Shown: positions 10,101 through 16,290 of the stretch, piece after piece
Layout: each line of letters opens with the position of its first letter
Position numbering within the stretch: position 1 is the first letter of the stretch
From: an uncultured virus (IMG/VR IMGVR_UViG_3300011437_000001)
Lineage: Duplodnaviria > Heunggongvirae > Uroviricota > Caudoviricetes
Length of the DNA: 20,000 nt
Strand: one strand, 5' to 3'
IMG/VR virus record: IMGVR_UViG_3300011437_000001
Translations under genes and position numbers: made by a program
Notes under the pieces: model-generated
Told to the model about the DNA's origin: nothing
The model's input: the letters and a program-made list of their open reading frames with translations, nothing else
Databases searched by the model: none

Positions 10101-13100
10101 TACGCCAGCCGCAACGAAGCCATCCGCAGCATCTCCGGCGCAACCACCAAGCAAGGCTCCGCCGTCGGCAGCGTGAAGATGCGGGTGAAGCCGGCAGGCA
10201 CGGCGGAAGCGGCGCCGCCAGAGGCCATGTCCGATGCGAAGTGGGATGCGGACAATCGGGCCGCCAAAGAAAAGTCCTACAACGAAAATCTACCCGGCGC
10301 GGCGAACAAGCAGACCATTGCCGAGGACGTTGCCACGTGGGGCGCACAGCTCGGCTACGCGCCGCAGCGAATCATCGATGATCTTGTGCGAGCTGGACGC
10401 GACAAAGCGGATGCCGAGCTAGCCGTGAAGTTTGCCTTTGAGCGCACCGGCAAGCCGCTCAAGCCCGCCATGGCCCGGATGGAGAAGCCCAAGGCCGAAG
10501 TCGGCGTGCCCCTCAAGACCGAGAAGGGCCTGCTCAACCAGGACATCGACATCACCAAGCGCGGCGCGGGGGGTAAGCAAGAAACCCTCTCCCCCAAGAT
10601 CGACGAGCAGATCGCGGACAACAAGGCCGCCGCCAAGCAGCGCGAACTGGACAAAGAGATCGGGCAGCAGCCGCTCTTCGGAGATCCACCGCCGCCGGGC
10701 GGAGATCAAATGGGCATCAAGGCCCCGTTCTTCTTCAAGCCCGAGTCCATGGAGAAGTCCGCCCGCATGCTGGGCGAGCAGATGGAGCGCGCCGTCTACA
10801 GGCTGGCGAAAGCGACCAGGCTGGACAAGGTATTCAAGTTCCGCACGCCCGCCGAGAAGGAGCAATACCGCAAGGATCTGGAGATCAAGAAGCGCGCGTC
10901 ACTGCGAACCCACGGGCAGAAGGCCATGGCCGCCGCGACCGCCCGCACCGCCCTGAAAGAGTTCGACCAGCTCGCGGACACGGAAAACTCGCTCGCACGC
11001 TATCGCATCCACCAGGCCATCGTGGGGCAGTACCCGATGGAGCGCCTGCCGGAAGCGCATCGCGCCTGGGCGCAGCGGGCGCGTGAACTGCAAGACGAAG
11101 CCTCGCGGGAGTTCCTGGGCGAAGTCGTGCGGCACTTCGGGGCGGACACGCCGCTCGCACGTTCCGTGGCCCAGAACATCGGCACCTACCTGCACGAGGG
11201 ATTCGCCCCCACGGTCAGCGACAAGCTGATCGCCTACCTGCCCGGACGGTTGCGACTGAAAGCTGAACAATTCCAGCGCAAGCGCGACAAGTGGCGGGTG
11301 TTCGTGGGCGGCAAGCCAATCATCGTCAAGGGCCAGGCGGAAGCGGAAGCGCTGCGCCGCGGGCTGCTCTCTCTCCGCGAGCAGACCGAAGCCATCAACC
11401 CGTTCCGGGAAATGCTTGAGTCCCGCAAGGGCTGGGTGAAGAGCAAACTCGAAGAGGGCAAGGTCACGGCGCAGGATCTGAAGAAGGCGATCGCCGGCAA
11501 GAACATCCGCATCGAAAAGCCGCTCACCGAGAAGCAGCGGCTGGATATGGGATTCTCCCGCGACCCGCGCTTCGCCTGGGGCATCAGTTACTCCAAGACG
11601 GCGCACAACACCGCCATGCTGCGACTCTCCCGCCGGCTGAAGAAGCTAGGGCAGGAGCCGCCGACGCTGGTGGCGGGTGACGCCAAGGCGGAAGAGACCT
11701 GGGCCAAGAGCGAAGGGCTGGAGAAGGTCACCGCCTCGGAGAAGATGGTCGGCAGCCTGCACGGCACCTACCTGCCCAAGCGCTGGGCTCGCGACATCAA
11801 CGAAGCGGAGAAGGTCGCGCAGGGCTTCGCCAAGATGTGGCAGGACTACCTCACGATGTGGAAGGTGGCCAAGGTGCTCTACAATCCCGCCACGCACCGC
11901 CGCAACATCACCGGCAACGTGGGCTTCGCCTTCCTGGCCGGCATGTCGCCGTGGAACCCGGCCAATGCCCCGCACCTGCTCAAGGCGTTCACCGACATTA
12001 AGGGCCGCGGGCCGATGTACCAGCTGCTGATGAAAAACGGGGTGATCGGCGGCGAATGGTTCGGCAACGAAGTGTACGAGAAGGGCATCGAGTTCATCCG
12101 CCAGACGCCCGACTCGCCCATGAAAACCATCTGGCACGTGCTGAACAACATCCATGAGGGCGCGGGCCGCCTTTACAACCTGGAAGATCAAATCTGGAAG
12201 GTGTGGCATGCCTACAAGCTGGAGTCGCAGGGGCTCAAGGGCGCACGCCTGGCTCGCGAGGTGAACAAACACTGGCCCAACTACGCCGGTCTGCCGCGCT
12301 GGGTGAAGAAGGTCTCTCGGGATTGGCGGGGCACACCGTTCGTGGCCTTCAACGCGGAAGCCGCCCGCATCTACAAGAACGCGGCGTTGCGGCACCCGGG
12401 CCGGCTGATGCTTTGGACGCTGTGGCCCACCATGCTGACCAAGGGCACCGTGGCCTACCTGGGCATCTCCGACGACGAGAAGGAACTGATCGACGAGAGG
12501 CGGAGCATTCTGCGGGTGCCGGGCACGGAGTTGGAACTCGACTTGCAGCCGCTGCTGCCCTATCGCGACGATCGCGGCGCCGTCCGCACCATCGACATTC
12601 GCTACGACATTCCGCTGGGCAATGAGTTGCTGGAGCTGTTCGAGGGACGCCCGCCGGTAATGATGCAACCCGGCATAGTCACCGTGCAGGACATACTCTA
12701 CAACAAAGACCGCTACACCAAGCAACAGATCGTCAGCGACGACGATCCGCCCTCGACCAAGTTCGCCAAGTACGCGCGGCACTTCTTCCAAGAGACCGTG
12801 CCGGCCCCCTCCTGGGCTCCGACGCAGCACGGCTGGAACCGCGTGCGGGACGCCATCAACGGCACGCGAGAGGACGGCGTGCTGGAAGCCTTCGGTTCGG
12901 CGCTGGGCGGTATCAACTTCCGCCGGCCATACTCGACGCGCGAGGAAGCCCTGCGGCGACTCAAGACCCGCGCACTGCTGGACGATCGCATCGCGGACCT
13001 GGTGCAGCGAGCCATCGGCGAAGACCTGCGGGAGATCCCCAACAAGCGACTGCTGCGGCTGCTGGAGCGCAGCGAAGAAACGCAAACGCTGCTGGAGCTG

Positions 13101-13496
13101 TGGAACCAGTCCTACCGTTCGCTGGGTGGGCCCACGGCCCGCGTGACCGACCCCATCACTTCCGAGACCATCGCCGCCTCGCTCAAGAACGACGTGGCCC
13201 GCATCTCGCTCTTCGAGTTGCGACTGTCGCACCTGATGCAGAAAGACGTGTCCGGGGACATCGACCCCGGGGAGAAGGCGGAGCTGCAATCCATCCGCGA
13301 GTACGAGCCGCAGATCGTGGACATGATGCAGCGCATGCAGGCCGCCGAGGACGACGCGACCAAGGCTCAACTCATCGAACAATTCGACGGGCTGCTGAAA
13401 CGCGCTCGCGTGCAGATGCCGGACGCCAAGCACCCCGAACGGGAGCTGAAGCGTCTGCGCCAGCGCGGGGAGAACCCGCTACGAGATGCCGGATAA
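7164..13496 (+). CDS. Giant internal virion/ejection (large polyvalent-type) protein, 2110 aa
   Basis: Long ORF with an N-terminal Gly/Ala-rich hydrophobic region and Pro/Ala/Lys linkers. The C-terminal helical region has WKVAKVLYNPATHRRNITGN and NYAGLPRWVKKV...TPFVAF motifs typical of large phage ejection proteins. Last gene of the structural block. Confidence 0.75.
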   Translation: MPNDNPFIVKPTFDELVQGEKMLQVAERAYRARYEHAEREAAKPKPPPEKKGFFRKARDIAVEGASHTLPGQIAQLAAGVQLTPETMGTEDLGTVGRGMAGIGGFAADPVTWGSMGLGRLAGGAAMKGAATILGEKGMQKVAESGLKRLALKGATAAPAGATTLAGIEAVKNPFAQLIATGEYSPGEHAKETLKSAALGGAAGAAGALPMVGLPAEVATFAVGEPLLHGEMPDQEDWLNAAMTIGGLRAAGIVTRGMKDVAARTPPKEVAKNILREMDPREGLFVFRAAQHARAQRENAYKYAPPEGTNGRYEPIPVTLTPDGKPAKGTKWAVRDKDADRIDAKQYDNFLDAASSADKVNFTVADQPNLTAKSPLEVAEPGPVGTSAAPRGPTAETPTQAPAPATPPAKPTFRQFVESKGFKLPEGKPTPEQVAQIKAFKAEYDAIGVKPVSTTEQPLKTPQTAQGATQAVPSPTAQGKPVEPLGASGIDKFELSQESAVGQPAPVVPKTKPVTKKAIGQGVKDARSEVQKLYQRHREVIDGEEPGVRDRALSEEANVETALRPGYSFKQGYESQAKELQERLPADLRKNVRVVKKGSPNYQSADGQDVFAGVGTDKMAESIIRYAEQAPGRNNAAALDRTIQFAKSNPEMFTPEEHGVIKNYEQSRVGEGVEPIAAEQLKVGDQFEIQGKPHKVEGISPDTGKVKITDDIDIDLPARGKVFADKGSLREKPASVEFDPFEIEENPFRQEAAIPPRTSETMGEAIALSSPSGKISKRAKQAAEQRLGEKLFGKEGLQRTQPEQPAPAEAAARKAKELRDLAARGMKPKAYAKEAARLEAEAAKPQEIEYFKGDRIQYTGKVTPEGWREFVYLEGAKKGQTGVAPTAEMIAKDRAQRQKEEADMQAGFRRLAESQKKETRQPKQIIEDTVAENLAAAGKSDPVTFTDGTRTLQLWKSKTLAGTRYTIAELKDGKPVGTWTYASRNEAIRSISGATTKQGSAVGSVKMRVKPAGTAEAAPPEAMSDAKWDADNRAAKEKSYNENLPGAANKQTIAEDVATWGAQLGYAPQRIIDDLVRAGRDKADAELAVKFAFERTGKPLKPAMARMEKPKAEVGVPLKTEKGLLNQDIDITKRGAGGKQETLSPKIDEQIADNKAAAKQRELDKEIGQQPLFGDPPPPGGDQMGIKAPFFFKPESMEKSARMLGEQMERAVYRLAKATRLDKVFKFRTPAEKEQYRKDLEIKKRASLRTHGQKAMAAATARTALKEFDQLADTENSLARYRIHQAIVGQYPMERLPEAHRAWAQRARELQDEASREFLGEVVRHFGADTPLARSVAQNIGTYLHEGFAPTVSDKLIAYLPGRLRLKAEQFQRKRDKWRVFVGGKPIIVKGQAEAEALRRGLLSLREQTEAINPFREMLESRKGWVKSKLEEGKVTAQDLKKAIAGKNIRIEKPLTEKQRLDMGFSRDPRFAWGISYSKTAHNTAMLRLSRRLKKLGQEPPTLVAGDAKAEETWAKSEGLEKVTASEKMVGSLHGTYLPKRWARDINEAEKVAQGFAKMWQDYLTMWKVAKVLYNPATHRRNITGNVGFAFLAGMSPWNPANAPHLLKAFTDIKGRGPMYQLLMKNGVIGGEWFGNEVYEKGIEFIRQTPDSPMKTIWHVLNNIHEGAGRLYNLEDQIWKVWHAYKLESQGLKGARLAREVNKHWPNYAGLPRWVKKVSRDWRGTPFVAFNAEAARIYKNAALRHPGRLMLWTLWPTMLTKGTVAYLGISDDEKELIDERRSILRVPGTELELDLQPLLPYRDDRGAVRTIDIRYDIPLGNELLELFEGRPPVMMQPGIVTVQDILYNKDRYTKQQIVSDDDPPSTKFAKYARHFFQETVPAPSWAPTQHGWNRVRDAINGTREDGVLEAFGSALGGINFRRPYSTREEALRRLKTRALLDDRIADLVQRAIGEDLREIPNKRLLRLLERSEETQTLLELWNQSYRSLGGPTARVTDPITSETIAASLKNDVARISLFELRLSHLMQKDVSGDIDPGEKAELQSIREYEPQIVDMMQRMQAAEDDATKAQLIEQFDGLLKRARVQMPDAKHPERELKRLRQRGENPLRDAG

Positions 13497-13547
13497 CCGC
13501 AAAACCCTGCGCTACCGCTGCCCGGACGTTTGAAGTCAGCTGATTAC

Positions 13548-13594
13548 TGTCAAGGGGGCTAAACTTGACACTAGCCGAATTGACGTTCTAGGCT
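13548..13594. promoter_or_regulatory. Inverted repeat TGTCAAG-N9-CTTGACA (back-to-back TTGACA); possible + strand sigma70 promoter
   Basis: TGTCAAG 13548-13554 and CTTGACA 13564-13570. TTGACA (13565-13570) is followed after 18 nt by TAGGCT (13589-13594). Confidence 0.4.
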
Positions 13595-13612
13595 CTTAGG
13601 GGAAAGAATGAT

Positions 13613-13696
13613 TGCCCCGGCGGGGGCTCGAACCCCGACGGCCTTTCGACCGACAGCTTCCAAAGCTGCTCCGTCTGCCAATTCCGGCACCGGGGC
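13613..13696 (-). tRNA. Class II (long variable arm) tRNA with Leu-type body and anticodon UGG (Pro); no encoded CCA
   Basis: Reverse complement folds as GCCCCGG UG CCG GAAUUGGCAGA CGG A GCAGC UUUGGAA GCUGU CGGUC GAAA GGCCG U CGGGG UUCGAGC CCCCG CCGGGGC A. All stems pair. Confidence 0.93.
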
Positions 13697-13829
13697 GGTT
13701 TCTAGATGCGGGGGAGACGACGGCCATGCCCTTGCAAGGTGACCGTCGCCCCCCGCTTGCTTTCTGGGGGCTGTCTAGGGCTATTGGCGGTAAGTTAGGC
13801 TGGTTGCGTCAAGTCGATCGCGTGCGTGC

Positions 13830-14204
13830 TCATATCTTGATCTCCTGCATCACGGCGGTGATCTCCGCCGGGTCTACCTCGAAATAATCCGCCGCCGCCA
13901 GCACGCGGCCCCACGAACCCTCGTCCCAGCGCGTGGCGTCCAGCAGCCAGAACTGCTCCAGGGTCTGCGCGCTCAATAGCGGCAACTGCCGGCGGGACGC
14001 ATGCTCGGGGGTAAGCAGAATCTCCAGCCAGCAAGCCAAACACATCTGGCTATCGACGCGGTGACCTTCGGTGGCGCGGTAGTACGCGGGCACGAAGCGC
14101 TCGATCTTTGGGTCCTGGCGGGAACACCACGCACACCAGAACCCAATCGTACGCTCGCACCCGCCTTGGAGGCGCTTGCGATGTCGTCTTTTGCGCGAGG
14201 CCAT
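13830..14204 (-). CDS. Hypothetical protein with two CxxC motifs (possible Zn binding)
   Basis: WCAWC and MCLAC motifs and a basic N-terminus. Starts 10 nt after the stop of the sigma gene on the same strand. Confidence 0.6.
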   Translation of the reverse strand: MASRKRRHRKRLQGGCERTIGFWCAWCSRQDPKIERFVPAYYRATEGHRVDSQMCLACWLEILLTPEHASRRQLPLLSAQTLEQFWLLDATRWDEGSWGRVLAAADYFEVDPAEITAVMQEIKI

Positions 14205-14214
14205 ACCACGACAA

Positions 14215-14784
14215 TCATGGCTGCAACAGCAGCTTCTCTATCGCCTGGACCTTGATCTGGTGCGAACGCTGCTTGCTCACTCCGACCATGGCGGCGATCT
14301 CCCTGTGTGTCAGCCTATCCGCCCGCATGCTCAGCACGACCAACTCTTGCTCCGACAACCGCGACAGGCGGGGATGCTCTTCGGGCACTCCGCCGGTGGG
14401 CTTGGCTTCCGCGTCAGCCAGCCACCCAGAACCCGCGTTTTGCAGCTTTTGCGCTTTAGACGATCGATGCGCGCTGCGAATCGCCCGGTCGATGGCGCGC
14501 ACGGCGTAGGTGCTGAACTTCACGCCCCGGCTTGGTGAAAAGCTGCGCACGGCACGCAGGAACGCGAGCATCCCGTCGGAATAGATGGGGTCCAAGTCGA
14601 TCCTCCTGGACTGCCGCTCCAAATGGGCCGTGACCCTACTCACCAGCAAGGGCATGTTGGCCTTGATGAAGGCGCTGATGATCGTGCTGCACGGATCACA
14701 TAGAGGAAGGTGGGGGCGGCGCTTGCCGACCTGCCCCCTCTTGTTGCGGCACCCGCAGCGATCCAATGTGGCCCACGGCTCCAT
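14215..14784 (-). CDS. Phage-encoded sigma-70 family factor (regions 2 and 4 only)
   Basis: Region 2-like DGMLAFLRAVRSFSPSRGVKFSTYAVRAIDRAI. Region 4 HTH LSEQELVVLSMRADRLTHREIAAMVGVSKQRSHQIKVQAIEKL. AAGGA upstream. Confidence 0.85.
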   Translation of the reverse strand: MEPWATLDRCGCRNKRGQVGKRRPHLPLCDPCSTIISAFIKANMPLLVSRVTAHLERQSRRIDLDPIYSDGMLAFLRAVRSFSPSRGVKFSTYAVRAIDRAIRSAHRSSKAQKLQNAGSGWLADAEAKPTGGVPEEHPRLSRLSEQELVVLSMRADRLTHREIAAMVGVSKQRSHQIKVQAIEKLLLQP

Positions 14785-14799
14785 TCCAGCGAGTCCTTT

Positions 14800-15186
14800 T
14801 TACTTCGCCGGCTTGGCCAGCTTGAGCTTGGGGCTGTGCCCGTTGCGCGTCGCGTCCGCGGCCTTCGCCGGCTCGCTTGGCGGCTGGTTCACGGGCTCTG
14901 CGGTCGGCGCATTCGCCTGGGGCTTGGCTGCCGGCGGCGCCACCACCGCCAATTCATCCAGGCGCAGGATCGAGCTGCGTGGAATCTTGTGCATGTTGGC
15001 CACGCCCTGCGCCGTGCGAATTTGCGCCACCACGATGTAGCCGTCGGACGCATGGATCAGCGTGCCCACGACCTCGATCATGGACAACTGCTGCTCGCAC
15101 CATTGCCGAATCGACTGGCCACTCAGAAGGTCGGGGTGGCTCTGCGAATTGACCCACGACACGCGAACCCAATCATTGATCTTCAC
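14800..15186 (-). CDS. Phage hypothetical protein, small beta domain with Pro/Ala-rich tail
   Basis: AGGAGA Shine-Dalgarno before GTG. The pattern VRVSW...IEVVGTLI...YIVVA...KIPRSSI resembles a common small phage family. Confidence 0.65.
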   Translation of the reverse strand: MKINDWVRVSWVNSQSHPDLLSGQSIRQWCEQQLSMIEVVGTLIHASDGYIVVAQIRTAQGVANMHKIPRSSILRLDELAVVAPPAAKPQANAPTAEPVNQPPSEPAKAADATRNGHSPKLKLAKPAK

Positions 15187-15215
15187 TGAGATGTTCTCCT
15201 GCTGCTAAAAAAGAG

Positions 15216-15283
15216 GCCCCGGCACGCTCACGCGACAAGCGGGTTAGTCTCGACCGCTGGGCTGGCCAGACCAGCACCGGGGC
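15216..15283 (-). ncRNA. Candidate 68-nt tRNA-like four-way-junction RNA followed by U6
   Basis: GCCCCGG/CCGGGGC closing stem encloses three hairpins: GCUGG/CCAGC, AGCGG/CCGCU and CGC-GUGA-GCG. T6 on the - strand at 15207-15212. Confidence 0.45.
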
Positions 15284-15328
15284 GAAAGTTCAAAACGTCA
15301 GCCGCCGATCAGCGTTTGCAAGATCGGC

Positions 15329-15367
15329 AAAAAAAGAGGAGCGCGTCGTGGCGCGACCGCACTCCTC
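15329..15367 (-). terminator. Intrinsic terminator
   Basis: - strand GAGGAGTGCGGTCG-CGCCA-CGACGCGCTCCTC followed directly by T7. Confidence 0.7.
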
Positions 15368-15492
15368 CTTTATCGTTCCGATGCCGGGGGGCCAGTCCCG
15401 GTTTAGGCCATGACGCGGAGGACCGCGACATTTCGGGGAACAAAAGGTCGCGGGCGAGTCCGGTTCCCCAACGCGATCCCACCCGCGCGGGC

Positions 15493-15579
15493 TCAAAACC
15501 CGACAATCACCTGGATGGCCGCAAACAGGCCAACCAAGAGTGCGATGAACTCCAGCCACAGTCCTTCAAAGAACGTCAT
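15493..15579 (-). CDS. 28-aa single-helix hydrophobic peptide (not in ORF track)
   Basis: MTFFEGLWLEFIALLVGLFAAIQVIVGF*. AGGAAGGA Shine-Dalgarno about 9 nt upstream of ATG. Confidence 0.7.
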   Translation of the reverse strand: MTFFEGLWLEFIALLVGLFAAIQVIVGF

Positions 15580-15608
15580 TTGGGTGTTTCCTTCCTGCGG
15601 CTTGGCCG

Positions 15609-15980
15609 CTAGTTGTTCCCAGGCTCCTGCACCGCCATGGAACCCGTAGGCGTCACTGGCTCGCCATAGGGATCATTGATGTCGGTAGCAACCTCCTCCG
15701 TTTTGCGGCGCTCGTCCTTGATGAACCAGTCGAGCACATCTTGCTTGACCTCGAAGGTCACGCACTGCCCCTCGCCCGGCCCAAGGACAATCTTTTGGCC
15801 GAGGAACTCCATGCGGTATTCGCCGCAGTTACGGCAGCCGGTAGCCAGGCAGAACACTAACAGTGTGGCGCATCCCGCCGCGAGTTCGGCGTTCCACACG
15901 GAGCCCCAACGACGGCGCATGTCTCGACCGCAGTCGGCGCAGTACCCATAGCGGTCAATGTTCTTGTGGTCGCATGGCAT
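15609..15980 (-). CDS. Hypothetical membrane or lipoprotein-like protein with N-terminal Cys/His cluster
   Basis: CDH...CADC, then hydrophobic ATLLVFCLATGC (lipobox-like). Packed in the - strand gene run. Confidence 0.55.
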   Translation of the reverse strand: MPCDHKNIDRYGYCADCGRDMRRRWGSVWNAELAAGCATLLVFCLATGCRNCGEYRMEFLGQKIVLGPGEGQCVTFEVKQDVLDWFIKDERRKTEEVATDINDPYGEPVTPTGSMAVQEPGNN

Positions 15981-15986
15981 CAGTTG

Positions 15987-16136
15987 TTACTCTACGTGGC
16001 TGTGGGTCTTGGATTCCTCGGGAACCACGTCCTCGCAAGGCTCCCACTGCTGATCAACCCAGCAAGCGCCCCGATTGATCGCCGCGCATCCACTGAACCC
16101 GAGACACAGCACCAACAGCAACAATGTTTTCTTCAT
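15987..16136 (-). CDS. Small lipoprotein (49 aa)
   Basis: GAAAGGAA Shine-Dalgarno before ATG 16136. MKKTLLLLVLCLGFSGC signal peptide and lipobox. Confidence 0.7.
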   Translation of the reverse strand: MKKTLLLLVLCLGFSGCAAINRGACWVDQQWEPCEDVVPEESKTHSHVE

Positions 16137-16146
16137 ACAGTTCCTT

Positions 16147-16290
16147 TCATTCGCAAGTGCATAACCCGATTCTGTCTCTAAGCCCACGGCTGGGCGGAAT
16201 CGGTTGGTTCTTGATTTCCTCTAAGACCTCGACCGCCTTACGGTGCAGTTCTGCCTCCGCATCTTTGAGTAACTGCTCAAACGGTCGCAT
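16147..16290 (-). CDS. Small hypothetical protein (47 aa; not in ORF track)
   Basis: MRPFEQLLKDAEAELHRKAVEVLEEIKNQPIPPSRGLRDRIGLCTCE*. ATG immediately follows the upstream TGA and fills the gap between genes. Confidence 0.5.
   Translation of the reverse strand: MRPFEQLLKDAEAELHRKAVEVLEEIKNQPIPPSRGLRDRIGLCTCE

Noticed and set aside
3810..11408. AACCCGTTC as a DNA-level repeat or CRISPR-like array
   Set aside because: Copies are irregularly spaced, always in the Asn-Pro-Phe frame, and one uses a synonymous codon.
11646..13433. 595-aa - strand ORF (also 8655-10154, 1053-2150 and similar)
   Set aside because: Antisense shadows of GC-rich + strand genes, with implausible composition and no recognisable motifs.
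13613..13696. Reading the tRNA as Ser(GGA) or an ordinary Leu(UAG)
   Set aside because: The GCAGC/GCUGU stem fixes UGG at 34-36. A one-base shift to GGA breaks the stem, and the discriminator is A rather than the G of tRNA-Ser.
13497..13830. tRNA as a prophage att junction with host DNA
   Set aside because: Both sides look phage-like, and there is no integrase or duplicated tRNA 3' end in the window. Cannot be fully excluded without flanking sequence.
13612..13887. 91-aa + strand ORF, and a short ATG ORF from 13608
   Set aside because: Both overlap the tRNA antisense and have no protein-like features.
15290..15649. ORF-track ORFs across the structured region (89, 65, 98, 79 aa)
   Set aside because: No clear ribosome-binding sites, Arg/Pro/Ser-rich composition, and overlap with a terminator or the better-supported 28-aa ORF.
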